Shown in pieces: positions 54,488-64,000 of a stretch of DNA of 64,000 bases. The stretch lies in assembly GCA_963707465.1 (NCBI GenBank), contig CAVPQK010000028.1, forward strand, positions 33,638 through 97,637, written 5' to 3'. The first letter of the stretch is position 1. Each line of letters opens with the position of its first letter. This DNA is from Bryobacterales bacterium. Lineage in GTDB: Bacteria; Acidobacteriota; Terriglobia; Bryobacterales; Bryobacteraceae. The notes under the pieces are model-generated. The model searched no databases, was not told where the DNA came from, and saw only the letters and a program-made list of their open reading frames with translations. Both the position numbers and the translations under genes were made by a program.

Positions 54488-57118
54488 ATGGATATCAATC
54501 GTTTCACGGAAAAACTCCAGGAGGCGATCCGGGCGGCCCAAAGCAAAGCCACCCGGTACGGCCATCAACAGCTCGACGTCGAGCACCTCTTTGCCGCCCT
54601 GCTCGAACAGGAGGGCGGCTTGGCAGGCTCTATCCTGTCACGCGCGGGGGTCAACGTCGACACGCTGCGGCCGCGGCTCGAACACGAGCTGGACCGGCTG
54701 CCGAAGGTCACTGGGCCATCCGGCGCTCCTGACCAGATTTTCGTCAGCGCCCGCCTGAACCGGCTACTGACCGCGGCGGAAGACGAGGCCAAAAAGCTCA
54801 AGGACGAATATATTTCCGTCGAGCATGTGCTGCTGGCGCTCACCGACGACGGCGGCTTCAGCGGACGGCTGTTACGCGAATACGGCGCGTCGCGCGAGCG
54901 GCTGATGCAGGCGCTGCGCGAAGTGCGCGGCAGCCAGCGGGTGACATCGCAGAATCCGGAGGCCACTTACGAAGCCCTGGAGCGTTACGGCCGCGACCTG
55001 ACCAAGCTGGCGAGCCAGGGCAAGCTGGACCCCGTGATCGGCCGCGACGAGGAGATCCGGCGCGTGATCCAGGTGCTGTCGCGGCGCACCAAGAACAACC
55101 CGGTGCTGATCGGCGAACCGGGCGTGGGCAAGACCGCGATCGTGGAGGGACTGGCGCTGCGCATCGTGCGCGGCGACGTTCCGGAAGGCCTGAAGAACCG
55201 GCGCATTGTGTCGTTGGATATGGGCGCGCTGATCGCGGGCGCCAAGTTTCGCGGCGAGTTTGAAGAGCGGCTGAAGGCGGTCTTGAAAGAGGTGCAGGAG
55301 GCCGCCGGCGACATCATCCTGTTCATCGACGAGCTGCACACGGTGGTGGGCGCGGGCAAGGCCGAAGGGTCCATGGACGCCGGCAACCTGCTGAAGCCCA
55401 TGCTGGCGCGCGGCGAGCTGCACTGCATCGGCGCCACCACGCTCGACGAATATCGCAAGAACATCGAAAAGGATGCGGCGCTGGAGCGGCGCTTCCAACC
55501 GGTGCGGGTGGACCAGCCTTCGGTCGAAGACACCATCTCGATTTTGCGCGGCCTGAAGGAACGGTACGAAGTGCATCACGGCGTGCGCATCAAGGATTCG
55601 GCGCTGGTGGCCGCGGCGATTTTGTCGAATCGCTACATCACGGACCGGTTTCTGCCCGATAAAGCTATCGACCTGGTGGACGAGGCGGCGGCCAAGCTGC
55701 GCACCGAGATCGACTCCATGCCGGCGGAGTTGGACGAAATCCTGCGACGCACGATGCAGCTTGAAATCGAGCGCTCGGCGCTGAAAAAGGAGAAGGACGC
55801 GGCGTCACGCGACCGGCTGAAGAAGCTCGAAAAAGAACTCGGGAATCTGAAGGCGGAAGGCGATGCCTTGAAGGCGCGCTGGCAAGCCGAGAAGCAGACG
55901 GTCGCCAGTTTGCGCGCGTTGCGGGAGCAGATCGAGCAGACCAAGGTGGAGATCGAGAAGGCGGAGCGCGCCTACGACCTGAATCGGGCGGCCGAGCTGA
56001 AGTATGGGAAGCTGGCGGAGCTGGAGAAGCGCTTGCATGCCGAGTTGGAGCAGTTCACGAAGAAGCAGGCGCAGTCGCCGCTGATCAAAGAAGAGGTGGG
56101 CGAGGAAGATATCGCGGAGGTGGTCAGCCGCTGGACGGGCGTACCGGTGACCAAGCTGCTGGCGGGCGAGATGCAGAAGCTGCTGCAGCTGGAAGATGAG
56201 TTGCACCAGCGCGTGATCGGGCAGGATGAAGCCGTCACGGCGGTGGCGGAGGCGGTGATTCGCGCGCGCTCCGGATTGAAGGATCCGAACCGGCCGATCG
56301 GCAGCTTTATTTTCCTGGGACCGACGGGCGTGGGCAAGACCGAGCTGGCGCGGGCGCTGGCGCAGTTTCTGTTCGACGACGAACGCGCCATGATTCGCAT
56401 CGACATGTCGGAATATCAGGAGAAACACACCGTGGCGCGGCTGATCGGCGCGCCGCCCGGATACGTGGGGTATGAAGAGGGCGGCCAATTGACCGAAGCG
56501 GTGCGGCGGCGGCCGTATTCCGTGGTGCTATTCGATGAGATTGAGAAGGCGCACCACGATGTGTTCAACGTGATGCTGCAGGTGCTCGACGATGGGCGCC
56601 TCACGGATGGGCAGGGGCGCACGGTGGACTTCCGCAACACCATCGCGATCATGACTTCCAACATCGGCAGCGCGCGCATCCTGGAGTATCGCGGCGGGTT
56701 TGCCGGCGAGGGATACGAACGGATGAAGGAAGCCGTGCTGGAGGAGATGCGGCGTCATTTCCGGCCGGAGTTTCTGAATCGCGTGGATGAGGCGATCGTG
56801 TTTCATGCGCTGGGCGAGGACCAGTTGAAGCAGATCGTGGAGATCCAGTTGGAGCGGTTGCGGGCGCGGCTGGCGGACCGGCACATCACGCTGAGGCTCA
56901 CCGACGCGGCGCGGTTGAACCTGGTGCATACCGGCTTCGATCCGCATTACGGCGCGCGTCCGCTGAAGCGCGCGATTCAGAAGAAGGTGGAGACGCCGCT
57001 GGGCCGGATGATTTTGAAGGGCGAGGTGCGCGACGGGCAGCAGCTTACGGTGGATGCCGACGGGGAGGGGGAACTGACGTTCGCGACAACGGCAGAGAAG
57101 GCGTCGCGGCAGGGCTAG
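54488..57118 (+). CDS. clpB: ATP-dependent chaperone/disaggregase ClpB
   Basis: 876 aa. Clp_N repeats, Walker A GEPGVGKT (NBD1) and GPTGVGKT (NBD2), long coiled-coil M-domain between them. Confidence 0.97.
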   Translation: MDINRFTEKLQEAIRAAQSKATRYGHQQLDVEHLFAALLEQEGGLAGSILSRAGVNVDTLRPRLEHELDRLPKVTGPSGAPDQIFVSARLNRLLTAAEDEAKKLKDEYISVEHVLLALTDDGGFSGRLLREYGASRERLMQALREVRGSQRVTSQNPEATYEALERYGRDLTKLASQGKLDPVIGRDEEIRRVIQVLSRRTKNNPVLIGEPGVGKTAIVEGLALRIVRGDVPEGLKNRRIVSLDMGALIAGAKFRGEFEERLKAVLKEVQEAAGDIILFIDELHTVVGAGKAEGSMDAGNLLKPMLARGELHCIGATTLDEYRKNIEKDAALERRFQPVRVDQPSVEDTISILRGLKERYEVHHGVRIKDSALVAAAILSNRYITDRFLPDKAIDLVDEAAAKLRTEIDSMPAELDEILRRTMQLEIERSALKKEKDAASRDRLKKLEKELGNLKAEGDALKARWQAEKQTVASLRALREQIEQTKVEIEKAERAYDLNRAAELKYGKLAELEKRLHAELEQFTKKQAQSPLIKEEVGEEDIAEVVSRWTGVPVTKLLAGEMQKLLQLEDELHQRVIGQDEAVTAVAEAVIRARSGLKDPNRPIGSFIFLGPTGVGKTELARALAQFLFDDERAMIRIDMSEYQEKHTVARLIGAPPGYVGYEEGGQLTEAVRRRPYSVVLFDEIEKAHHDVFNVMLQVLDDGRLTDGQGRTVDFRNTIAIMTSNIGSARILEYRGGFAGEGYERMKEAVLEEMRRHFRPEFLNRVDEAIVFHALGEDQLKQIVEIQLERLRARLADRHITLRLTDAARLNLVHTGFDPHYGARPLKRAIQKKVETPLGRMILKGEVRDGQQLTVDADGEGELTFATTAEKASRQG

Positions 57119-57291
57119 CGGGACGAGCGGCGACCCGCATTCACGCATGCGCGAGGCCCAAGGTGCGTACGTCGGCTGTGTGGCCCCCCAAAGCCGGGCG
57201 TGGCTTCCGCCGGCGCATTGATCGGGTCGAGATTCGCTTGGGCAGCGGTCCACGGGCGGCGGGCGCAACGGCGGGTGTACACTAATCGCTA

Positions 57292-58701
57292 ATGCGCTGG
57301 CTCGTCTGTCTGCTGATTCAACTGGCGCTTTCCGGCGCCGATTGGACACAATTTCGCGGACCGAACGGCTCGGGCGTGTCACCCTCCAAGGGCCTGCCAG
57401 AGCAGTTCGGCCCGCAAAAGGACGTTGTCTGGAGAACGGCGTTGCCGCCGGGACATTCCTCACCGGTCTTTAGTGCGGACCACATCTTCGTCACCGCATT
57501 CGAGGGCAAGAGCCTGCTCACGATCTGCCTCGACCGCGACAGCGGTAAGGTGCTATGGCGGCGGGAGGCGCCACGGGAACGGGTGGAGAGTTTCCAGCCG
57601 GCGAACGGACCCGCGTCTCCATCTCCGGTCACAGATGGAGCCAATGTTTACGTATTCTTTGGCGACTTCGGGCTGTTGTCCTACGGACCGGATGGCCAGG
57701 AGCGCTGGCGTTTGCCGCTGGGTCCGTTCAACAATCCAAACGGTCACGGCTCCTCGCCAATCCTCGCCGATGGAAAGTTGGTGCTCATCTGCGATCAGGA
57801 CACCGGGTCGTACTTGATTGCTGTCGATCCCACGGTTGGGCGGGTGCTCTGGAAGACGATGCGGCCGGAATATACGCGCGGTTACGCCACTCCCGCCGTG
57901 TACCGGCCCAAACGTGGCCCGGCGGAGTTGATCGTCCCCGGCGCCTACGAAGTGGCCTCCTACGCCCTTGAGACAGGAGAGAAACTGTGGTGGGTGCGCG
58001 GCATGGCGTGGCAACTCAAGACCGTGCCGGTAGTCGATCGCGACCTCATCTTTGTGAGTGGCTGGGAAACCGAGGGTGATCGGCAACAACGCATCAAGAT
58101 ACCTGAATTTCCCGAGATTCTGGCAAAATATGACACGGACCACGACGGCAAGGTGTCGCGGGACGAGATGCGCCTGAGCGATATTGCGGGATGGTTTGCC
58201 GAGGTCGATTTGAACCACGACGGCTACCTTGACGCCGGCGAGTGGCAGTTCTACCGGGCGCGGGTTGCCTCCGAGAACTGTCTGGTGGCCATTCGCTCCG
58301 GCGGCCGCGGAGATGTTACCGGAAGCCACGTGCTCTGGAGATACCGCAAGGCGATACCCAATACGTCGTCGCCGCTGCTATATCAAGGCGTCATCTACCT
58401 GGTGCGCGACGGGATCTTTACGAGCTTGAACCCGAACGATGGCGAAGTGTATAAGCAGGCGCGTCTCACCGGCGCACTCGGGCGCTATTGGTCTTCGCCG
58501 GTCGCCGCGGACGGCAAGATTTTTCTGGCAAGCGAAGACGGGAGAGTCGTGGTGCTGCGGGCGGACCCGAATTGGGAGATCCTGGCGGTTAATGGCCTCG
58601 ACGAGGACATCTTCGCCACACCTGCGATTCTCGATGGACGGATTTACGTCCGCACGCGTGAGGCACTCTACTGTTTCGCCAAGAAGCGCGAGCACAAATA
58701 G
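57292..58701 (+). CDS. PQQ-like (BamB-type) beta-propeller repeat protein with an inserted EF-hand pair
   Basis: Signal peptide. DWTQFRGPNGSGV N-terminus typical of PQQ_2/PQQ_3 repeat proteins. Two canonical 12-residue Ca-binding loops, DTDHDGKVSRDE and DLNHDGYLDAGE. Confidence 0.75.
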   Translation: MRWLVCLLIQLALSGADWTQFRGPNGSGVSPSKGLPEQFGPQKDVVWRTALPPGHSSPVFSADHIFVTAFEGKSLLTICLDRDSGKVLWRREAPRERVESFQPANGPASPSPVTDGANVYVFFGDFGLLSYGPDGQERWRLPLGPFNNPNGHGSSPILADGKLVLICDQDTGSYLIAVDPTVGRVLWKTMRPEYTRGYATPAVYRPKRGPAELIVPGAYEVASYALETGEKLWWVRGMAWQLKTVPVVDRDLIFVSGWETEGDRQQRIKIPEFPEILAKYDTDHDGKVSRDEMRLSDIAGWFAEVDLNHDGYLDAGEWQFYRARVASENCLVAIRSGGRGDVTGSHVLWRYRKAIPNTSSPLLYQGVIYLVRDGIFTSLNPNDGEVYKQARLTGALGRYWSSPVAADGKIFLASEDGRVVVLRADPNWEILAVNGLDEDIFATPAILDGRIYVRTREALYCFAKKREHK

Positions 58702-58729
58702 CTGGGGATATCAGATGGCGCCCCGTGGC

Positions 58730-59935
58730 TCACCTTAGTGCCGACTCCGCGATCTGCGACAACGCATGCTTGGCCACTTCGGCCGAACCATCGTTCATCT
58801 GCGGCAGAAAGATGATTACCAGTTCGTTTTTTGGATCTACCGTCCCAGCCGTACCGAAAGCGCCGCCGTGGCCGAAACTCCCTGCAGACAGCAGATCGAA
58901 CTGTAGCTGGTTCGCGACACTCAAGGTCAGGCCATAGCCGGAGTGGTCCGGAGTGTGATCCTGGGTCATCAAAGCCAGCGACTGCGCGGAAAGATATCGC
59001 CGGCCATTATAAACTCCGCCGTTCGCCAGCATCTGATAAAAATGGAACAAGTCGGTGGCCGTCGAATAGAGTCCCAGCTCGGGGCCCGGATACTTCGCGC
59101 CTGCCCGGTATGCAGCCGGATCTCCGGCTTGCGCCCTCTCTCGCGAGAGCGCCAGCTTACCCTGGTCGTGTTGGTAAATCATCGCAATACGGCCTCGTTT
59201 GGACTCTGGCGGATAGAAGAACGAATCCACCATGCCCAGCGGCGAGAGAATCCGGGCTTCGACGAATTGGGAATAGTCGCGGCCGGACAAAACTTCGACA
59301 ATGCGCCCCAGCGTGGCGATTCCCATGTTGCTGTACCGGTAGTTCTTCCCTGGCTCCGCGATGAGATGTTCGTGCGCGTAGCCACGAACGGCGTCCGCCA
59401 AAGTCGCATCCAGAGTGAAATTGATGCGGCTCAAGGGACCGCTGGACGGCAGGAAGCCGAACCCCGAGGTGTGGGACATCAACTGCCAGACAGTCATCGG
59501 GCGCGCGGGAGAATGCGTGACCGGAGAGCCATCAGGCCGCTTCTCGTCGACCAGTTGCCCCTTGAACTCCGGCAGATAATCTTCGACCGGCCGCGTCAAA
59601 TCGAGCTTGCCTTCCTCCACGAGCATCATGGCCGCCAAGCCGGTGAAAGACTTCGTTTGGGACATGATCTGCACTATGGTGTCGGGGCGCATTGGCTTGC
59701 GCTTCTCGATATCGCTAAATCCGGCCGCATCGAGGGCCACCACCTGTCCGCGATGCGCCACCAGGTACACCGCTCCTGAAATGGAGCCGTTACCGACTGA
59801 CTCTTTCATCCGCGCGGAAATCAATTTCAACCGCTCGGAATCGATGGATCCAGCGGCGGCCACAAGCGGCGCCAGAGACACGGCGGCGCCAACCAAAATG
59901 AATAACCGGCGGGATGCATTCTGTGATCGCAGCAT
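58730..59935 (-). CDS. Serine hydrolase of the beta-lactamase/transpeptidase (class C-like) family
   Basis: Signal peptide. S-x-x-K motif SQTKSF. Y-x-N motif YSN. Confidence 0.8.
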   Translation of the reverse strand: MLRSQNASRRLFILVGAAVSLAPLVAAAGSIDSERLKLISARMKESVGNGSISGAVYLVAHRGQVVALDAAGFSDIEKRKPMRPDTIVQIMSQTKSFTGLAAMMLVEEGKLDLTRPVEDYLPEFKGQLVDEKRPDGSPVTHSPARPMTVWQLMSHTSGFGFLPSSGPLSRINFTLDATLADAVRGYAHEHLIAEPGKNYRYSNMGIATLGRIVEVLSGRDYSQFVEARILSPLGMVDSFFYPPESKRGRIAMIYQHDQGKLALSRERAQAGDPAAYRAGAKYPGPELGLYSTATDLFHFYQMLANGGVYNGRRYLSAQSLALMTQDHTPDHSGYGLTLSVANQLQFDLLSAGSFGHGGAFGTAGTVDPKNELVIIFLPQMNDGSAEVAKHALSQIAESALR

Positions 59936-59994
59936 GCTAGCGATTGTAATCGAGTTTCAGAACCGGTTGTTGGCCTGCGACAAACAATCCGCGC

Positions 59995-60933
59995 TCACTT
60001 TGCCGGTCTGCCGTGATCCAGGCATAATGCGATCAGATCGGAGACGTTCGCCTCTCCCACACACATCACCGTGTCCGCGCCGCCCCAGTAGATCTTTATG
60101 GTTCCATCGGACTCCGCAACGGCGCCACAGGTGAACACGACGTTGTGGACATATCCCGTGATTTCCCAGGGATCTTCCGGCTGCAAGATCCACGAGTCGC
60201 CCACCGCGATCACCTTCGCCGGGTTCAGAAGATCGTGTAGAGCGACGCCCAGGCGATAGACCGCTCCATCCATCGTCTGGAAAACACCGTGATAGATGGA
60301 AAGCCACCCCCGGTCCGTTTTGATCGGCGGCGCGCCCGGACCGATTTTCATTTCGTCCCAGTGATAGGGTTCGGGCCGCATGATGAGCTGGGCTTCGCCC
60401 CAGAAACGCAGATCCGGAGAATACGAAATCCAGATCGACCACGGGGCGATTTCCGAGTGCGGACGGTCCAGCCTGGCATACAGGCCCCCGAATTTCTCCG
60501 GGAAGATCACTACATTCCGATAGTCCGCCTCCGTGATGAGCGAGACCCGTTCCACTTGCAGGAAGTCCTTCGTCTTGGCCAGTGCGATGCGCACGCCATT
60601 TCGCGAGTAAGCGCTGTAGGTGATGACATACTCCCCATCCAACAGCGTCACTCGTGGATCTTCGACGCCGAACTCTTCATAGGCCGCAAAAGGGCCGTCC
60701 CGCGCGGGACTCAGAAAGGGCTGCGGATCGGCGGTGAACCGGAATCCGTCCGGGCTGCGCGCCAAACCGATGATGGATCGTCCCGTGCGCAGGTGCGAAC
60801 GGAAAAGCATGACGTATTCGTCCCCGTGCTTCACCACTGCCGCATTGTGCACGGTCTCCACCGGGTAGGGGATATCGGTCTTGGTAAGGATGGGGTTCCC
60901 GGCGTACCTTCTAACTATGTCCGGCTTCATCAT
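59995..60933 (-). CDS. GH130-family glycoside phosphorylase/hydrolase (beta-mannoside type)
   Basis: 312 aa. RYAGNPILT..VHNAAVVKHGDEYVMLFR..EDPRVT..GEYVITYSAY..DEMKIGPGAPPIKTDRGWLSIYHGV fits the GH130 five-bladed propeller pattern. Confidence 0.75.
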   Translation of the reverse strand: MMKPDIVRRYAGNPILTKTDIPYPVETVHNAAVVKHGDEYVMLFRSHLRTGRSIIGLARSPDGFRFTADPQPFLSPARDGPFAAYEEFGVEDPRVTLLDGEYVITYSAYSRNGVRIALAKTKDFLQVERVSLITEADYRNVVIFPEKFGGLYARLDRPHSEIAPWSIWISYSPDLRFWGEAQLIMRPEPYHWDEMKIGPGAPPIKTDRGWLSIYHGVFQTMDGAVYRLGVALHDLLNPAKVIAVGDSWILQPEDPWEITGYVHNVVFTCGAVAESDGTIKIYWGGADTVMCVGEANVSDLIALCLDHGRPAK

Positions 60934-60945
60934 CGTCTCATCGCC

Positions 60946-61974
60946 TCAAGCTGCTTCCAGTTCGAAAATCGTCCGGTAGACCTGCTCGTACGCCTTCACC
61001 ATGGCTTCGATGGAAAAGCGCTCCTGGACCCGCCGACGGCATGCGCCGCGATCTATCGTGGACAGACGCGCCAGGGCCTGCGCGGCTTCGTGGACATTGT
61101 TCACCAGGAAGCCCGTTTGACCCTCGGCAATGACCTCACGGCAGGAGCCCAGGTCCATGGCGATCACGGGCACGCCGGCGGCATTGGCTTCCACCAGGAC
61201 AAGTCCGAATCGTTCCGGAATGGTGTTCAGATGCAGCAAGGCTCGGGCGCTCCGGAATAACTCGTTCTTGCCCGCCACGTCCACCGGCCCGATGTAGCGG
61301 ATGATCGCATCCAGGTAAGGCTCCACCTGTTCCCGGAAATAGGTCCGATCCTGGATGATGCCGGCGATGAGCAGTGGCAGCCTGGTCAAGCGAGCCACCT
61401 CGATCGCCAGATGGACACCCTTGTCAGGGTGAATCCGGCCGAGAAAAATCAGGTGATCCCCGCCACGGGGCTGAAGCGGGTACAACGAAAGGTCGATTCC
61501 GTTGTAAACCGTGGCCAGGTAATTCAGCCCCGGCGCGCGATCAGAATTGCTGATGGAGACATAATATCCGTCACGATATTTCTCATAGACTGGCATGATT
61601 TGGGGCGACGAGAATCCGTGGATGGTCGTGAGGACCGGCGTTTTAACCAGGCGGGTGTAGGCCAGGGCCATGAAGTCGTAATGGCTGTGGATCAGGTCAA
61701 ACTCTGCCGCGTGCTCGAATGCCTCGGAGATGTGCAGGTATTCCGCAACTTTGGCATCGACGGATGGATCCTCCTCGTACCCCCGATCCACCACGGCATG
61801 CAGGTGAGCGCGGGTCACCGAATCCCCAGTGGCGAACAATGTCACATCCCAGCCACGGGCCACCAGTCCTTCGGCGATGTTGCCGGCCACCGTCTCCCAC
61901 GCGCCGTATTGCCGGGGAGGTGTGCGCCACGCGACCGGCGCGAGGACAGCCACTCTTTTGTTGCGGATGGTCAT
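60946..61974 (-). CDS. Family 4 (GT-B) glycosyltransferase
   Basis: VAVLAPVAWRTPPRQYGAWETV N-terminus. C-terminal E-x7-E region PERFGLVLVEANAAGVPVIAMDLGSCREVI. Confidence 0.85.
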   Translation of the reverse strand: MTIRNKRVAVLAPVAWRTPPRQYGAWETVAGNIAEGLVARGWDVTLFATGDSVTRAHLHAVVDRGYEEDPSVDAKVAEYLHISEAFEHAAEFDLIHSHYDFMALAYTRLVKTPVLTTIHGFSSPQIMPVYEKYRDGYYVSISNSDRAPGLNYLATVYNGIDLSLYPLQPRGGDHLIFLGRIHPDKGVHLAIEVARLTRLPLLIAGIIQDRTYFREQVEPYLDAIIRYIGPVDVAGKNELFRSARALLHLNTIPERFGLVLVEANAAGVPVIAMDLGSCREVIAEGQTGFLVNNVHEAAQALARLSTIDRGACRRRVQERFSIEAMVKAYEQVYRTIFELEAA

Positions 61975-62135
61975 ACTATTAAAATGGCCGTTCCGGCATC
62001 TACCGCTACCGCGGGGCCCGTGGCCACGTTCGCTCGAGGGCGGCCTGAGAGGCCGCTATCCAGGCCGAGGGCCTGCCCCACAGGCCACTGACCACTGAAT
62101 GCCGGGTGACGAGAGGGGGCTTGGCCGAAAAACAT

Positions 62136-62212
62136 TGGTGCGCCCGGAGGGACTCGAACCCCCGGCCTACTGGTTCGAAGCCAGCCGCTCTATCCAACTG
62201 AGCTACGGGCGC
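62136..62212 (-). tRNA. tRNA-Arg (anticodon UCG), CCA encoded
   Basis: Reverse complement GCGCCCGTAGCTCAGTTGGATAGAGCGGCTGGCTTCGAACCAGTAGGCCGGGGGTTCGAGTCCCTCCGGGCGCACCA folds as a cloverleaf with a 7-bp acceptor, D-arm GCTC/GAGC, anticodon loop CTTCGAA and T-loop GGTTCGAGTCC. Confidence 0.95.
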
Positions 62213-62227
62213 GCACCTGAACAGATT

Positions 62228-63151
62228 TTACCGCGAACAGACCGCCAATAAATAACGGCCGTCCTGGCTGGGGATCTGGTCCAGGATACGGAGGCCGCCG
62301 CGGTCCACCAGCAACGCCTGGAGCGCTTCGGCGGTAAACCTGTAGCTGAAGTTGAGATTGATGTGCTCGCCGCGTTCGACCAGCACTTCGCGATCCGGGG
62401 TCGAGATGCGCAGGTCGCGGTCCGGGCGGAAGTGCGCGGCCGTCACATGCAGACCGCCGATAGTCTTGTCGCGCCTGGTTTCAAAGCGCACTTCTCCGTC
62501 GTCGGCGGAAACTCCCAGCGCGGCCAGCGGGGCGAACGCAAACTGCCGCAGGGAATCTTCGTGCGGCGCGCTGCCGTTGGTCTGATAGATCTCGGCGTCC
62601 AGGACCAGGCGGTCGTCGCCATGCAGGCACTGCGCCAGGTGCTTGATCTGATCGAGCGGATCGAATCCTCCCAGCGTGTTGCCGGACATCATGAGCAGCT
62701 TGGGCGATTCGGCGGCGTCGGAGGCGAAGACGAGGTGCATGGGGCTCGAGATATCGGCCTTGATGCCGGCGGTTTCAATGTCCAGATCCTCGGCGCCGGC
62801 GCAGGCCATTTCGAGCAGCGCCTGGCTGGCATCCACGGGATAATACTTCAATTCGCGGCCAGACTGGCGGATGGCGTCGAGCAGCAGCCGATCGGTCGAG
62901 CCATCGCCCGCACCGAAACTGATCGCGTGAACGGGAGCGCCGAAGGGTACGAGCAGCCAGGCGACTTTGGCGGCGAGCTGTTGCCAGGCGCGGCGCAGGC
63001 CGGCGAATGCGGGATCGGCTGCGCGCGCCAGCCATGCGCGCACCGGCAACGGACCCCAATAGAAGAATTTCTCGGGAAGGTCGCGCGCCTCGACGGCCTC
63101 GGTTAGCTCCTGGACGATCTCCGCTTCGGTGAGGACGACGTCAATCTTCAT
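62228..63151 (-). CDS. Methyltransf_33 (EgtD/histidine N-alpha-methyltransferase-like) family protein
   Basis: 307 aa. SFGAGDGSTDRLLL..YYPVDASQALL..MMSGNTLGGFDP..DRLVLDAEI resembles the EgtD-like layout. Substrate unknown. Confidence 0.45.
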   Translation of the reverse strand: MKIDVVLTEAEIVQELTEAVEARDLPEKFFYWGPLPVRAWLARAADPAFAGLRRAWQQLAAKVAWLLVPFGAPVHAISFGAGDGSTDRLLLDAIRQSGRELKYYPVDASQALLEMACAGAEDLDIETAGIKADISSPMHLVFASDAAESPKLLMMSGNTLGGFDPLDQIKHLAQCLHGDDRLVLDAEIYQTNGSAPHEDSLRQFAFAPLAALGVSADDGEVRFETRRDKTIGGLHVTAAHFRPDRDLRISTPDREVLVERGEHINLNFSYRFTAEALQALLVDRGGLRILDQIPSQDGRYLLAVCSR

Positions 63152-63163
63152 GGGTCTACTTAA

Positions 63164-63934
63164 CTATAAACCCATGATCTGAAGACCGGCGTCGACGAAG
63201 ATGGTGTTGCCGGTGACACCGCGGCCCAAGTCGCTAGCGAGGAACACGGCGGTGTCGGCAACCTCGGTGGGGTCGGTGTTGCGGCGGAGCGGCGAGCGGG
63301 CCGCGGCATACTCCATCATGGTGGCCAGGTCCTTGACGGCGCGCGCGGAAGCCGTTTTGACCGCACCGGCGGAGATGGCGTTGACGCGGATGCGCTGGGG
63401 TCCCAGATCGCTGGCGAGGTAGCGGACCGAGGCTTCGAGCGAGGCTTTGGCCACGCCCATCACGTTGTAATTGGGGATCACGCGCGTGGCGCCGAGGTAG
63501 GTGAGGGTCATCAGCGCGCCGCCGTTGGTCATCATGGGGGTGGTGGCGCGGGCCACGGCCACGATGGAATACGCGCTTACCTCCTGCGCCAACAGAAAGC
63601 CGGCGCGCCCGGTTTCCACGAAGGGACGAGACAGGTCTTCGCGATTCGCGAAAGCCAGGCTGTGGACCACGGCGTCGAGCGGGCGGCCGAGAGCGCGCAG
63701 CGATTCGGTGAGGGCGAGCAGGTCTTCTTCTTTAGTGACGTCGCAGGGCCAGAGGCCCGCCAGCGGCATGCCGGCCGACATTTCTTCGATGGCGATTTTC
63801 TGGCGGTCGCCCAGATAGGTGAGCGCCAGAGTTGCGCCTTCGCGCCAGAAAGCTTGCGCGATGGCGTAAGCCAGGCTCCATTTGTTCGCGATTCCGAGGA
63901 TGAGGGCGGTTTTGCCCTCTAGCAAATTTGGCAT
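63164..63934 (-). CDS. fabI: Enoyl-[acyl-carrier-protein] reductase (NADH), FabI
   Basis: LEGKTALILGIANKWSLAYAIA N-terminus. Catalytic Y-x6-K context YNVMGVAKASLEA. ISAGAVKT. Confidence 0.9.
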   Translation of the reverse strand: MPNLLEGKTALILGIANKWSLAYAIAQAFWREGATLALTYLGDRQKIAIEEMSAGMPLAGLWPCDVTKEEDLLALTESLRALGRPLDAVVHSLAFANREDLSRPFVETGRAGFLLAQEVSAYSIVAVARATTPMMTNGGALMTLTYLGATRVIPNYNVMGVAKASLEASVRYLASDLGPQRIRVNAISAGAVKTASARAVKDLATMMEYAAARSPLRRNTDPTEVADTAVFLASDLGRGVTGNTIFVDAGLQIMGL

Positions 63935-63953
63935 GGGCGTGATTGTGTCAAGA

Positions 63954-63987
63954 GCCGGACTGAAGTCCGGCGCGGGCTAAAGCCCGC
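63954..63987. other. Two adjacent GC-rich stem-loops (function unknown; possibly the terminator of a gene beyond the window, or a REP-like element)
   Basis: gccggac-tgaa-gtccggc (63954..63971) followed directly by gcgggc-taaa-gcccgc (63972..63987). Same style as the hairpin cluster at 52262..52345. Confidence 0.4.
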
Positions 63988-64000
63988 CCTCCATTCTATC

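Noticed and set aside
62006-62197. 63-aa ORF (MDRAAGFEPVGRGFESLRAHQ..)
   Set aside because: It is a translation across the tRNA-Arg gene. The GFEP..GFESL peptide is the usual artefact of a tRNA T-arm.
63931-63960. TTGACA hexamer on the minus strand just upstream of fabI
   Set aside because: It lies only ~11 nt from the start codon, so any -10 would fall inside the coding region. It is not a plausible promoter.
1-64000. Search for mobile elements, integrases, rRNA and prophage genes
   Set aside because: No transposase, integrase, recombinase, phage structural or rRNA signatures were seen in any frame. The tRNA-Arg has no adjacent integrase or direct repeat of its 3' end within the window.

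Overview
High-GC bacterial chromosomal window. The gene content looks Acidobacteriota-like: TIGR03436-type VWA proteins, an ADOP-type duplicated FtsX permease, a CarboxypepD_reg/TonB-type outer-membrane receptor and many secreted hypotheticals. I call about 55 protein genes, one tRNA-Arg(UCG), two pseudogenes and several repeats. No CRISPR array, transposase or integrase is visible. Landmarks: a tandem array of four small secreted paralogs (one decayed) at 0-2.3 kb, an ArsR-SRPBCC operon, a quinoprotein dehydrogenase with a dihaem cytochrome c, a hybrid histidine kinase, a HigB/HigA-like TA pair, a complete pqqABCDE operon whose 25-aa pqqA is missing from the ORF track, two BNR/Asp-box paralogs, clpB and fabI. 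The most interesting region is 43.2-51.2 kb. It holds a 944-aa protein with a BrxC/PglY-like (BREX) P-loop N-terminal region, a decapeptide-repeat linker and a sulfotransferase-like (3'-phosphonucleotide-binding type) C-terminal domain. This gene lies tail-to-tail (4-bp gap) with a four-gene operon whose first three junctions are ATGA overlaps. The operon encodes exactly the enzyme families of the Campylobacter jejuni O-methyl-phosphoramidate donor pathway: a CysC-like kinase fused to a PPDK-like glutamine-kinase-type enzyme, a class-I amidotransferase-like hydrolase, a nucleotidyltransferase and a SAM methyltransferase. I propose this as a candidate undescribed phosphoramidate-transfer system. 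All function calls rest on motifs and architecture read by eye and need HMM or structure confirmation. Also notable are a ~0.5-kb array of degenerate ~110-160-bp tandem repeats in the unusually long non-coding gap upstream of clpB, and a frameshifted Vps62/DUF946-like gene.
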